From a virus: a stretch of 64,000 nt of DNA. The position numbers and the translations under genes were made by a program. This document shows, piece by piece, positions 10,571-21,900 of the stretch. The stretch lies in IMG/VR virus record IMGVR_UViG_3300020578_000017, positions 1 through 64,000 of that record; one strand, 5' to 3'. The notes under the pieces are model-generated. The model made no database searches, had not been told where the DNA came from, and saw nothing but the letters and a program-made list of their open reading frames with translations. Numbering within the stretch: position 1 is the first letter of the stretch; each line of letters begins with the position of its first letter.

Positions 10571-11301
10571 GCGTTATCTATATGACCCTCAACTAAAGGA
10601 GGGCTATTATAGAATAATACTACAAATTCAAAAGTATAATCAAAGTTAAACGGATTTTCTGGACTTTGTGAGTAAGCAAAAGATTCAAAATTTCCATAAC
10701 ATAAAAGGTCTAAATACTTAAGCTCTACTAAATTTCTAGTGTCTATAGTTTTTCTTGTAGACGAAGCAAGTAAACTCTGATTACTTCCGGTGTTTTCTTG
10801 CTTTTTGTATGATTTTTTTATCTGAGATATAGAATTGTATTTTTCAGTTCTTTCTTCTTTTAATAAACTACTGTTTCTAAAATTAACACTATTATTTTTA
10901 TAAAGCAAAAGAAGATTCATAAAGTTTTTATAAGCAACAGTTTCATTTGCCTTTTGTCGGGTAAGTCCATCGTTTTTATGTAAAAATGCTGCAGATTTAC
11001 CTTGGGCGTTTATTATATCAAGTTCATCACCCCAGTATTGCGGTATGAACCCAGCTCTAGTATAGTTACTTGCATTTATTGCTTTTGACATAGAAATACC
11101 GAGATTGCTTGGATTTATATCTAAATAAATCTGAGAACCTGAAACATAAGATATAGTTTGATTTATAACTTTTACGCGACTAAACCTAAGAAGTTTATTT
11201 GTATCTACATAAGCTTGAGATAGCTTAAGACCAGATACGTCAAAGGCAGGTATCTTATCTACGCTAAAGTTTCCAGGAAGATCATCTTTAGAAAGTGACA
11301 T
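10567..11301 (-). CDS. Tail tube initiator/baseplate protein, paralog 2
   Basis: LDINPSNL...TRAGFIPQYWGDELDII..G...YGNFESFAYSQSPENPFNFDYTFEFVV; aligns with the adjacent upstream gene. Confidence 0.6.
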   Translation of the reverse strand: MSLSKDDLPGNFSVDKIPAFDVSGLKLSQAYVDTNKLLRFSRVKVINQTISYVSGSQIYLDINPSNLGISMSKAINASNYTRAGFIPQYWGDELDIINAQGKSAAFLHKNDGLTRQKANETVAYKNFMNLLLLYKNNSVNFRNSSLLKEERTEKYNSISQIKKSYKKQENTGSNQSLLASSTRKTIDTRNLVELKYLDLLCYGNFESFAYSQSPENPFNFDYTFEFVVLFYNSPPLVEGHIDNA

Positions 11302-11818
11302 CTGTACCGAGTACCTTAAACGTAAAGCTAAAACTCAACATAAATGGTTTATCTACTGAGTCCTCTAAAGATAAGCTTTCAAAGAAACCGTAATAGATAA
11401 ACCGATCAAAATGTAGCTCTAATGGTATGAAATCTTTAGCAAAGTTATTGTCTATCGTTATACCGCCAGAACGATATGCTTGAACAATCTTCTCTAGTCT
11501 TGTAAATGCATCACTTGTTTTACTGTCAGAAAAGCTAGCAAACCCAGTACTTTCTGTTTGAAAGCCCCCTGAAACTGCCTCTACGCCGATTGAGTCGAGT
11601 TCCTCTCCCCATAACTCATCTATCCAACCCGCATGACTACGTCGTCTTGTAATTTTAGGCTTATAGTTCATGTTCCAAGAGTTTGGATTTACATAAAAAT
11701 AAACTTTTTCTCCATCAGGTGTTTTTATGTATACTAATGAACTTTCTTGAGTTGGGTAAAAGCGAACCAACTGATTTTTTGAATCATTTGGTGCCTTACC
11801 AAAAGTACCTTCGCTCAT
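11288..11818 (-). CDS. Tail tube initiator/baseplate protein, paralog 1
   Basis: FYVNPNSW...SHAGWIDELWGEELDSI...YGFFESLSLEDSVDKPFMLSFSFTFKV; tube-like fold motifs, directly after the tape-measure cluster. Confidence 0.65.
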   Translation of the reverse strand: MSEGTFGKAPNDSKNQLVRFYPTQESSLVYIKTPDGEKVYFYVNPNSWNMNYKPKITRRRSHAGWIDELWGEELDSIGVEAVSGGFQTESTGFASFSDSKTSDAFTRLEKIVQAYRSGGITIDNNFAKDFIPLELHFDRFIYYGFFESLSLEDSVDKPFMLSFSFTFKVLGTDVTF

Positions 11819-14800
11819 TAGCTATTCTGCCTTAAGTAATATGTAACAAAGTCATTCGTTTTGTTGACTGCTACCCTGCGAATTTCTTGCTCAATCTCTT
11901 TGGCATTCCTACTAACATCAAGAATAACCTGACTATTCGTATTAGGGTCTACTTTAGTATAGATCATCTGATCTATCTCAATGTCTGCTACCAGGAATTC
12001 ACCTGATGAAAATCCTGAACTTACTATGAGATCAACTATGTTTCCAAGGTCTCGGTCTGCTGTAGGGGCATCGTATAGTCCAATAACAAGGTCTTTGTAC
12101 CCATAAGAGGAAAGACTCGCTTGATTAGGTAAAAATCTTGTTGCTGGTCCAGTAATAGCGTTAACCGGATTTGGTAAGTTTACCGGGCTTGGCATAGAAA
12201 ATGAAGGCATATCTGGAGCTTTTGCTTCTGGAGAATCTGACTTTTCTTGACTTACCGGCCTGCCTAAGAGATTATAGTTTGATGTATATGTGTATACTTG
12301 CTTTCTCTTGCTTATGCTTGCTCTTAGAGAAGAACTCTCTGCTGCGGCAGAACGTGACTCTTCCCTGAATAGCCTTTCGAATTTATGAACAGACTCAACC
12401 TCTTGTCTAGTAAGATTTTTGCTAGATTGATCTACTAAATTTACTACTTCAGGAACTCTTGCAGCTGCTCTAAAGAACCCTCTGAGCAGGGCTTTCCTTA
12501 CTTCTGGGTCTGTTGATGAACTTACTATATCCACTAAAGGTTTCATTAATGCCGGATTTATTTGCATTTTCTGCATAATGTCTGCGCCGGATGTTTTATA
12601 GTAGCTATCCTTGAACCAACCGAATACATCAAGCTTCTGTCTTATACTTGACCGCTGTACGGAGTCAGCAGCTGACCAGGATTCAGTTAGGAAATCTTTT
12701 AATATTTTTTCAGCTTGTTCTGTATTTTTAGACCTACCTGAAGATATAAGTAAAGAAAACAGAAGCACAAACTGCTGGGAGCTTATCTTATCTTTTAGTA
12801 AACTAGGAATCCTGGAATAGGCATCTAAAGCGGCAGCTTTTACTATCTCAGGATTTTTATTTTTACCAGAAGATATGGCTTGATATGTCTTATCGGACAT
12901 AGTTTTAGCATAGTTTTCATAGTACCTGGATAGTTGATCTTCATTAAGGCCAGAAAGATCCTCTAAAGGTACTTCTTTATTGGTAATTTTAGGGGTTCGA
13001 GATTCAATTTCTGGCTTTAATGCAGCAAGTTTACTATCTTTTGATATTTTTTCAAATAATAATTTTCTGTACTCATCTAACTCTTTAATTTTATCTACTA
13101 ACTCCATCCTGTCTTCTTCGGTGCGACCTCCTGACAAATATTTCCTTTTTAGACCATCTACTTCTCGTGACAAAGACGTATACTTTATAAACTGCTGGGC
13201 AACTGGCAATCCTCCTGTAAATAGAGCAGATAACTTTCCTGAAATTGAGGTAAATATACTGTTTACATCGACAAATAAAAAGTCTAGGTAGTTTTTTATG
13301 TCAGAAAACATGTCGGCAAAGTGTTGCCTCTGACTAAAAAGTTGTATTTTTAAATCTTGTGCCTCAACTTTTGCAGCGGTAGACTCGTCTATCCTCGCAC
13401 CATTAATATCTCTGATTTTTTGAAACTCAGTCACTTTTTTTATGGTGTCTAAAGGCTTAGGGCTGCTTTTCTTCAGGTTAAGTAATATTCTTAACATATC
13501 CATGCCAAATTGACCAAACTGAACACCAGCAGCTGCCTCAATAGTTCTAAGATTCTTTGACATAAAGCTGGCTAGCTTCTCCGGAGAAGACTTGAGTATG
13601 TCAATTTGAGGTAGTAGCAATTTTCTAAGTTTGACAATCCCATAGGCAAATTGAGCACTTGGATCAGACTTAAGTAAGTTTTGTAACTCTAAAGCCGCAG
13701 ACTCAAAATTAGTGCCGCTATCTTTAGAAAGATTTTCTATTGCCCTGTCTGCTAAAGACTGATTGATCGCTTCTGCTCTTTCATTGCCAACAATTCCGCC
13801 ACGATTACTCTTGAAAATTTCTTCCAAATCATTTCTGGTCACAAGCTGATTTGAAATATCAACAAAAAGGGTATCAGTGCCAGAAGAGAAAGTCTGTAGT
13901 TGATTTAAAAAGTTATCTTCCCCTTTCTTGTTCATTATCCTGGCTTTTTGAATAGTAGAGATGAGATTAATTAAACTACTTACTCTGGTATTAAGCCCGG
14001 ACATCTTACCCTGAAGACCCCTGAATGACATAAAAAGTCGATATGAGTTTAATCCACCAGTCGCTGCTACCTTAGAGAGATAAGCTAATGCCTGAGATGA
14101 TTTTTCGAAAGTAAACTGTTGACCGTCAATCATTGAGTCAAAGGCTTCAACAACTTGACCAGATTCTACGCCAAGTCCTTTTTGAAAAGTAATAACCTCA
14201 TTAATAAGCTTCATTCTGGCTTGATTAACATCTATAGCTTTTCCTGACTCGTCTATAAGCCTTCTTAAATCTATGCTAGAAGACATGGAGTCAAGTTGTT
14301 GTATTTGATCTTTGGTTAGTTTATAAATATTTGTGGAATTTTGCTCTAAGGAAATATTCGTATCTCGTAGTAAACTTACATACTCATTTTGTGCCTTATT
14401 CAACTGAGCAGCAACTAAGTCTTCCCTGAGGCCTACATTTAAACTGTACTGTAGCTGGCGTGTTCCTCTTGTCTTAAGTATTTCCTGGTTAAAGTTATGA
14501 ACTGCAGCAATGGCCTTAATCGCAAAGGCTACTAAGCCAAAAACCCCAACGTTAAGAAACATTTGTATGGGCTGTATTAAAAACTCAAGACCCTTTATAA
14601 TGTTGCTAAAGACTTTTACTAGACCTAGATATACACTTGATGCCAACGACGGCGAAGCGCCAAAATTGGTCGATTGTTTTTTTATTTTTGATGCAGTATC
14701 GATTCTTAATCTCATTTGTGACAAGTGATGTTTAGCTTTTTTTATATTAAGCTCTCTTACAGCACTGAAAGCTTTTTTAAACTCACTTACTGCTTCATTT

Positions 14801-15420
14801 GCCTCTTTAAATATTTCCTGATTTACTGAACCAACATTCTGATAAACACTTTGAGCAGTTTTAGTAAGATTTTTTGCTTTATCCTGAAGTTTTTTTAACT
14901 CAACTATAGACTCATTCAAAGATTCTTGTGATTTTGATAGCTCTTCTAAGTCTATATCTTGTAAACTTCCTTGTTCAGCAAGAGTATTAGCTAACTTTTT
15001 AAGTAAAGCATATTGATTAGCTACTTTTATACTAATCAAACCTGAAACTGAAGCGAGCTTAGCTGTATCAGCTGGATTTAATAAATCTGAAGTTTTGGCA
15101 AGCTCAAAGAAATCTTCTCTGGCTTTTCTATTCCTTATTTCCGCTTCTTTAAGGTCTCTGATGAAGTCGCCAAACAAATCATATGAACCAAAGACTTCAT
15201 TCGATAAGACCGAAATATCACGAGCTGAAGACTCAAAAGACTTTCTGATAACTTCTACAGAATCATTCAATGACTCAAGGTTAGATAAGGCGTTTCCCTG
15301 GGCTTTATACTCTGGCGAAAGATCAAATGACTCTAATGTTGTATCAAAATTCTTTAGTGATTCAAAGTATTTTTTTTGTTTAGCAGTAAAATTTTTAAGA
15401 TCTTGTATGATACTAAACAA
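11818..15420 (-). CDS. Tape-measure-like protein D (1200 aa)
   Basis: Long helical/coiled-coil protein, TTG start; hydrophobic VGVFGLVAFAIKAIAAVH followed by the shared motif NFNQEILKTRGTRQL. Confidence 0.65.
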   Translation of the reverse strand: MFSIIQDLKNFTAKQKKYFESLKNFDTTLESFDLSPEYKAQGNALSNLESLNDSVEVIRKSFESSARDISVLSNEVFGSYDLFGDFIRDLKEAEIRNRKAREDFFELAKTSDLLNPADTAKLASVSGLISIKVANQYALLKKLANTLAEQGSLQDIDLEELSKSQESLNESIVELKKLQDKAKNLTKTAQSVYQNVGSVNQEIFKEANEAVSEFKKAFSAVRELNIKKAKHHLSQMRLRIDTASKIKKQSTNFGASPSLASSVYLGLVKVFSNIIKGLEFLIQPIQMFLNVGVFGLVAFAIKAIAAVHNFNQEILKTRGTRQLQYSLNVGLREDLVAAQLNKAQNEYVSLLRDTNISLEQNSTNIYKLTKDQIQQLDSMSSSIDLRRLIDESGKAIDVNQARMKLINEVITFQKGLGVESGQVVEAFDSMIDGQQFTFEKSSQALAYLSKVAATGGLNSYRLFMSFRGLQGKMSGLNTRVSSLINLISTIQKARIMNKKGEDNFLNQLQTFSSGTDTLFVDISNQLVTRNDLEEIFKSNRGGIVGNERAEAINQSLADRAIENLSKDSGTNFESAALELQNLLKSDPSAQFAYGIVKLRKLLLPQIDILKSSPEKLASFMSKNLRTIEAAAGVQFGQFGMDMLRILLNLKKSSPKPLDTIKKVTEFQKIRDINGARIDESTAAKVEAQDLKIQLFSQRQHFADMFSDIKNYLDFLFVDVNSIFTSISGKLSALFTGGLPVAQQFIKYTSLSREVDGLKRKYLSGGRTEEDRMELVDKIKELDEYRKLLFEKISKDSKLAALKPEIESRTPKITNKEVPLEDLSGLNEDQLSRYYENYAKTMSDKTYQAISSGKNKNPEIVKAAALDAYSRIPSLLKDKISSQQFVLLFSLLISSGRSKNTEQAEKILKDFLTESWSAADSVQRSSIRQKLDVFGWFKDSYYKTSGADIMQKMQINPALMKPLVDIVSSSTDPEVRKALLRGFFRAAARVPEVVNLVDQSSKNLTRQEVESVHKFERLFREESRSAAAESSSLRASISKRKQVYTYTSNYNLLGRPVSQEKSDSPEAKAPDMPSFSMPSPVNLPNPVNAITGPATRFLPNQASLSSYGYKDLVIGLYDAPTADRDLGNIVDLIVSSGFSSGEFLVADIEIDQMIYTKVDPNTNSQVILDVSRNAKEIEQEIRRVAVNKTNDFVTYYLRQNS

Positions 15421-15422
15421 TT

Positions 15423-18400
15423 TTAGCCCCTCTTAGTGATGTTGTAATACTGGCTAATCTCATTTAGTCTAATTGAGACAGCTTGATCTGCTATGCTTGC
15501 AACATCAGTAGTGGTTTCAATAACTTTAAGTTTGACGTTTCTTACTTTATAATCAATATCACCTGTGATTGGTGCTAGTCCTGGTCGAGGAAGTCTGCTC
15601 GTTATAGAAGGTAAAGCAGATGCCCTTCCCATAACTTTCCTTTTTTCTTGATCTTCCTCTCGTTTTATGTCCCTTCGCGCCTTATCCCCTAAAGAACCAG
15701 GTAGTATAGATGCAAAACCCCTAGTTAGCCTTGCGTACCATGGCATTTCTTCTGCTTCTTTTTCTAACTGGGTAGCAGCAGTCTTTGTGGTTTCTGAATC
15801 CTTAGCTTTCCTAATTTGACCCCGCTGTTCTGCTGTTGGCTCCTTTGGCTTAGCTTGGCTACTTGCTGACTGTCTAATTGCGTTGAAGCCTATATCTAAA
15901 GCTTTTTGAACAGACTGCCGATCTCTCTGATTATAAGATAGAATATTCCTTTGAATATTTGTTCTGTTATTGTCTATGGATGACAATACTTGGTGTAGCA
16001 ATCTTTCTGGGTTTTTTTCTGTAGCAGCTTTGTCTAAAAATTCTCTTAAGATAAAAGAGAAAAGAGGCGAACTGCCAAACTTAATCCTAAGAGCCTCAAG
16101 CAATAAGCTCTTAGGATCTGTCGGATTTTTTTCTAGTAACCGTAGTAACTCTTTTTGCTCGTTTGTTAAGTTTAATACGCTATCTGGAATTTTTACTGTA
16201 ACACCATCAGATGAAACACTTCTCCTGGAAGCGGCTTGCTTTAAGGCGGGTACATTGAGAGACGCACTTGGTAGTCTTACCGCCGTACCGATATTTGAGG
16301 TAGTGGCTACCGGCGCTTGGCTACTACCAACGATAAATGACTTAAAAGCTTCTTTCATTTCTTGGTCGAGTTTTGATTTTATATAAGCAGGAAAGTCACT
16401 CTGGCCTGTTACGGTGAAATAGTTGGTGAAGTTTAGAGACTGAGAAGCTAGTGATGCTTTAACTTGAGACGGTGAAGACTGTGCTAAATCTGCCAACCTG
16501 CTCGCAGCTTCATTAAAACGTTGAATAGCTTCGGCTCTTTGTGGTCCATTAGAAGACAGTATCTTAGCTTGTTGTTCTCTCATAGTTGCTAAAGTGTCGC
16601 CAAGCTGCTTAATAAAATCAGAACCAGATAATGATTCAGTAGGTGCCGCGATGCCAAGCTTACTTGCTATCCATTTTGCAAAGGATGACTCAAGTAAACC
16701 ATGCTGTATAAAGTCAATTATATTCTCTGCTAAGCCTTGAACTTTTATAAGTAATCCTTCAATGGCGTTGGTAACACCTCTAAGAGGGGGTACCAATTGA
16801 TCGGCATTATTTGCTAAGCCTGTCTCAAGTTTTTGATACGCAGACGCATCTGATTCTGCTTGATCGTTTATGTCACCAAGAAGCATAGAAAGCAAGTCGC
16901 CTAGAGTTTTCGTAGGGTTAGCTTTAGCTAATGCAAGTAAAGACTGTCTAATAGTAAATAATGCGTTCTCATCACCCGTTATGAGCTTTGACCTTGTAAA
17001 CTGCTCCATGGTCATTTGCATAGCTCTATCAAAGCCAGGGTCAGAAGCTTTCATACTTAAAGTATTCTTGTCATATAAAGCTTGAGCTAAGATAGCTTGT
17101 TTAGTCTGTGGCGGAACAAGCTTTAAGGCGTAAGCGATATCCCTAAGATCTGCTGCTGTTGGGTTTAGTTTTTTGCTTTGAATATCTTTCAGTTTTCTTA
17201 GTGCCTGTTCTACAAATCCCTTAGCCCTCTGCTGCCCTTCAGTTCCGGTAGGCATAGCTCGAACAGTGGTCTCTAAAATGTCAACTAGTTCGGATGGCTT
17301 TTGTGCTAAAAGGCTAGCAACCATTCTTTGAGTAGAGTCGTCGTCTTGGAATGCCTGGGAAACCGCTTCTATGTAGGAAGTAACATCACGTGTCCCTAGT
17401 ATCTTTGTATCGTATAATCTAGTGAATAGAGATGCTGTAGCTTTTAAGTTGTCACCAAAAATTGGGGACTGCATGGCTAATCCCTTTGTGGCACCAAGCA
17501 ATCTAGCTACATTAATATAACTACCTTTTGTTACCCTGTTAAGGCCACCGTATAAGGACTGAAGCTGCCTCTCGCCGTACCCATATTCATTCACTAACTC
17601 CATAGAGTTTTGAGCAACTTCATCTGTGCTGATTCCCCAAGTATAGCTCAAGGCTAAACCCATATTGACAAACTTATTCAGGTTAGAAATAACCCCGGCG
17701 CCTTGTTGCAGGTTTCCTTGCAGCCTCGGTAAGTTCAATCCGGCATATTTTGCCAATTCTTCCTTTGCTTGCTCAGGTGATAGTCTAAACTTATTCTGAG
17801 TAGCATCAGCTGTTGCGTATATACTAGTAAACTCATCTTTAAGTTTGTCAAATATTGAATCTACGGTTTTAAAATCTGCTTGAGCTCGAAGGTCTAAACC
17901 TAAGTCACCCAAACTTCTTCCAGATAAAAGAGTCTTATTAAGTTCTCTGGCTTTATCGCTTGCGCTAAGCACTAAACCTAGAACAGATACAATACCACCG
18001 GCTACGGATATTCCTACGGAAGCCCACCTAGCAAAAGATGATATCTTTCCCACGACAGAAGTAAACTTTGAAAGAGAACTTTCTATTACTTTCTGGGTTG
18101 CAGATAAAGAATTATCTATATTCGACTGATCTTTTCTATCTGACGAGACTTTAGCAAGGGCTTTCCCTAAGCCTTCAGCTTTTCTGAAATGTTTTTCTGC
18201 CTCAGCTGGGTTTAAAGAAAATGCTGCTCTAACGCCATCAATGAAACCCTTAGCCGCATCCTGGGCACCTTCAAAAAATCCTTCGAAGCCTTTTTCAAGA
18301 GTTTTCTTTGCTATCTCATCCAGGCCTTTTTGATACCCAACTAGAGAAGATGACTCTCGTTTTAGGGTATCTCTAGCTTGAGCAAGTTGTGTTGTTTTTT

Positions 18401-18932
18401 TGGCTACAGAATCTTGTAATGGTCTTAGTTTATTTGCGTATTCTACATCGCTATCGAATTGTTTTCTATCTATTCTTGCAATTTCTTGTAAAGACTTTTG
18501 CAGGGATTGCTGAATAAACTCAACTTCTTTTACATTCTTATCAAGATTAGACATATCCTGTGAGGAAATTAGTCCTTGATAATAAGCTCTTTTACCTATA
18601 TTTTGAATCCTTTGAGCGTAGCTTACTGTTTCTAAAATTTGCTCTCTGATGTTCGGAAAAACTTGTACTAAATTTTTTTCATTAGCGATCTCTTCCCAGG
18701 ATTTATCTAGTTCGTCTCTTTCCTGGCTAAGTGTATTTGCTGTTTCTCTAAGTTGCGCGAAAAGCTCAGGATCATAAGCATCCTCAACATTCTTAGCTGT
18801 GTCAAATAAAAGCTTGTTGAACGTTTTAGTTTTTTCAGTTATGCTTTTAAGAAACTCTGCTGAATTAGCAAAGCCAAGTTCTAACTTAAACGATAAGCTA
18901 GAACGATTTTTTGCTTTGTTATTAGGTGCCAC
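15423..18932 (-). CDS. Tape-measure-like protein C (1169 aa)
   Basis: Helical, GTG start; GISVAGGIVSVLGLVL then ELNKTLLSGRSLGDL; ALSYTWGISTDEVA resembles a tape-measure core motif. Confidence 0.65.
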   Translation of the reverse strand: MAPNNKAKNRSSLSFKLELGFANSAEFLKSITEKTKTFNKLLFDTAKNVEDAYDPELFAQLRETANTLSQERDELDKSWEEIANEKNLVQVFPNIREQILETVSYAQRIQNIGKRAYYQGLISSQDMSNLDKNVKEVEFIQQSLQKSLQEIARIDRKQFDSDVEYANKLRPLQDSVAKKTTQLAQARDTLKRESSSLVGYQKGLDEIAKKTLEKGFEGFFEGAQDAAKGFIDGVRAAFSLNPAEAEKHFRKAEGLGKALAKVSSDRKDQSNIDNSLSATQKVIESSLSKFTSVVGKISSFARWASVGISVAGGIVSVLGLVLSASDKARELNKTLLSGRSLGDLGLDLRAQADFKTVDSIFDKLKDEFTSIYATADATQNKFRLSPEQAKEELAKYAGLNLPRLQGNLQQGAGVISNLNKFVNMGLALSYTWGISTDEVAQNSMELVNEYGYGERQLQSLYGGLNRVTKGSYINVARLLGATKGLAMQSPIFGDNLKATASLFTRLYDTKILGTRDVTSYIEAVSQAFQDDDSTQRMVASLLAQKPSELVDILETTVRAMPTGTEGQQRAKGFVEQALRKLKDIQSKKLNPTAADLRDIAYALKLVPPQTKQAILAQALYDKNTLSMKASDPGFDRAMQMTMEQFTRSKLITGDENALFTIRQSLLALAKANPTKTLGDLLSMLLGDINDQAESDASAYQKLETGLANNADQLVPPLRGVTNAIEGLLIKVQGLAENIIDFIQHGLLESSFAKWIASKLGIAAPTESLSGSDFIKQLGDTLATMREQQAKILSSNGPQRAEAIQRFNEAASRLADLAQSSPSQVKASLASQSLNFTNYFTVTGQSDFPAYIKSKLDQEMKEAFKSFIVGSSQAPVATTSNIGTAVRLPSASLNVPALKQAASRRSVSSDGVTVKIPDSVLNLTNEQKELLRLLEKNPTDPKSLLLEALRIKFGSSPLFSFILREFLDKAATEKNPERLLHQVLSSIDNNRTNIQRNILSYNQRDRQSVQKALDIGFNAIRQSASSQAKPKEPTAEQRGQIRKAKDSETTKTAATQLEKEAEEMPWYARLTRGFASILPGSLGDKARRDIKREEDQEKRKVMGRASALPSITSRLPRPGLAPITGDIDYKVRNVKLKVIETTTDVASIADQAVSIRLNEISQYYNITKRG

Positions 18933-21900
18933 TATTTCCTACGAGACGTTCCCAGACCCGGATTAAATTATTGGCGTCATTCAGGTACAAGGTCTCATAT
19001 AGAACATTCTTATAAAAGACCTGATTACTAGGTGGCGTTACATCTTGTTTAGGTGTTACAATATACCTAAACTTTCTGCCGTCCCTAGTATCTGGCAATT
19101 GCTCAAGAATAAATTGAGGAACTGAAACATCGTCTTTCTTGCCAAACGATGAATCCGTAATTCTTCCGGTTCCTACTTCAATACGAGGAGCTAATCTAGG
19201 TAACCGGGAAGACTTTACTTTTTGAGTGGAAACACGATATGTAGCTGGATTTCCTGCGGTAAACTGACTATCTAGTCTCGGAAGATTTAGTTTTCCTGTA
19301 GGAAGATTGGCCTGCCTAACTAATCCATCACTAATATTATCTGCAGTTCTTGGAATATTTGATCCAGTTCCGGAAATCTCTGATAGCCCTAATCCTACAG
19401 CTATTTTATCCTTTACTTGATCGTATGGGGTTTTTTCTCCCATGGATATGCCGTATAAAACATGCATAGCGCGGTCTATCTGATTAGTTACTTTATCTGC
19501 TGAAGACCCTTCAGGAAGATTTGGCGAAAAAGATATGTCTCTATTTCCTGCTCTATACCTACCTGAACGATTTCTAAGCACGTCTTCAACTAAATCTGGC
19601 GCAAGATGCATGGCAGCAGCTAACGATAATATATCGCCTTCACCCAAATTTAGATTTCTTTCCTTGCTAATTCTGACAATCTTTTGTATGTTACTGGCTG
19701 CTCTTTCTGCCACAAGTCTTGCTGAAGAAATAATATCCATGCATTGTTCTTTCCTAGCTTTCCACTGTTCAGGTATAAGCTGAAATACTCCCTTTGGTAA
19801 ATGTCTGGCATTTTTATCTGAGTTTGCTCGTACATTTGTGCCAGTGGCTTGTATTTTTAACGCGAAAAGTAATGCAGGGCTTATATTATACTCCGCTGCC
19901 ACGGCCATTAGTGGCCCATAAATACGTTGATCAGATGCAGTATCTAATAAAAGTTTCTTAGCTAGCTTGGTTTCTTCGCTAGACTGGTTTAATGACATCT
20001 TTGATCTATATAGAGAAGCAGAGTCTAATGGGGCTTGGCTGATGTTAAGCATTCTATCGATACCAAGTCCAGCAGAACCACCAGCTAAAAGCCCTGCTCC
20101 AGCTGCCAAAGCAATTGGACCTATTCCTAAAGTAGTAAGACCAAATATAGCACCACCTGCAATCGCTGCTCCTGCAATGGCGCCAGCGATTACAGGAGTT
20201 TGTCCTCTTGATATGGCGGATATAACACTTTGTATCCAAGAAGTTGCCTTTGACAGCAAAGACTGAGCTCTTCTGAACAAACTGCCAATCCCGGCAAATA
20301 TAGAGTTCTTTGCCTGATTAAGTGTCTTGACACCAGATGTTGTATGCTTAGCCATTCTTGCAGCAATATCAGTCATATTTTTTCTATGATCCTGGGCTTG
20401 AGGCAGCGAACTTTCTAGTTTAAATAATCCGCGATCATCAAGCTTCCTTATACCATTAGGGTCAAATCTGGCCGCTAATAGTAAATCTTTAAATTGTTCT
20501 GGTATATTTATCTGCTTGCTAGCTAAGTCTAACGCTGATCTATAGCTTAGGGCATTGATCATTACTCTATCAGCTTCAATTCCATATATTAGTTTAATTT
20601 GCCCATCTATAGCTTGCTGAAAAACTGGTAAAACAACCTGAGGAAATACCTTTGCGGACTCTAAAAGAGTAAGCATGATATCTGGATTACTTAACTGAGC
20701 CTCATAGAATCCAAGAGAGCTTAACTGTATTTGTACTTGAAGGTACTCATTTGATTGAGTGCCTAGACGATTACCTATATCTATTCTTTGTGCTTCTAAA
20801 GACTTCCTAACTGCTAGATAGCCTTCTCTCATTCTTTGTCTAAGTAATGACAAATCTGTGCTACTATCTAAATCGTAGCCTGCTAATGTAATAAGTGTAC
20901 CCATATCTTCGAATCTTTGACTTTTTACGTTATCTAAAACTGAAGATACAAAATCAGCCGCTTGACTTTCATTCAATTTTGTACTATTGGCTATTTTAGT
21001 TAAAATAGAACTATTGATCGTAAATGTGTTAATGACCCCACCAAACTTTTGAGATATTTCAATGAGGCTATTTAAAGCTAAAGAAGTATTTGTTCTTGAC
21101 TTATATGCACCAACCCTGGCCTCTTCAAAAACTTGTTCAACCTGACTCGTGGTTAACTGAGAAGAAAAAGTCAAATTGCCTACTTTAGACATTACCTCCT
21201 CAAAACTCATACCGAGCAGATGACCGTACTTCGCAGAAAGCGCTATAGGGCTGAATATATTTCTTGTATTTTCTGGATCACCGAAATCCTTAGCTGAACT
21301 AATCTCAAGATTCTTAGTTGAGCCGCCAGCCTCTCTGTAGGCTAAAATGCCCTTAACCCTATCGGTATAGTCAAGTAAAAATTCGTCTTGAACTGAGTTA
21401 AGTTGCTTGTTTAGTGAATCTATTCTCTTGAATAAGTTTTCTGAGTTTGGCTCGATTCCATATAATAACTCTTGTGTGCCAAATAGTTCTATTATGGATT
21501 TGTTTACTTCAGCGGTATAATTCATCCCTTTCAGCATAAGGTCAAGTATGAAGCTCAAATAACCAACGCTTTTACCGATGGAATTGATGCTTTTTACCAT
21601 ACTCTTAAATCCACTGGTCATAGCAGATCCTATTTTACTTAATCTATTGTCAAGCTCAAAAGCATTTTTCGCTTCTTTTTCCGGGTCTACAGATACCTTA
21701 CTTTGTAGTAGCCTTCTTCTTTCTATGGAAACAGCAGCAGAAGTAAGTGCCCGAGAAGCAATCCCCCAAATAGTACCTATTGCACTATTTAGGCCATCTC
21801 CACTATCCTGAATTGAAGTAAAACTATTTTTAACATCATTAAAGGCACTAACTGTGCTTCTAAGTGAGTAAAAGGTTCCTCTTTGTTTAAAAAGTTGCTC

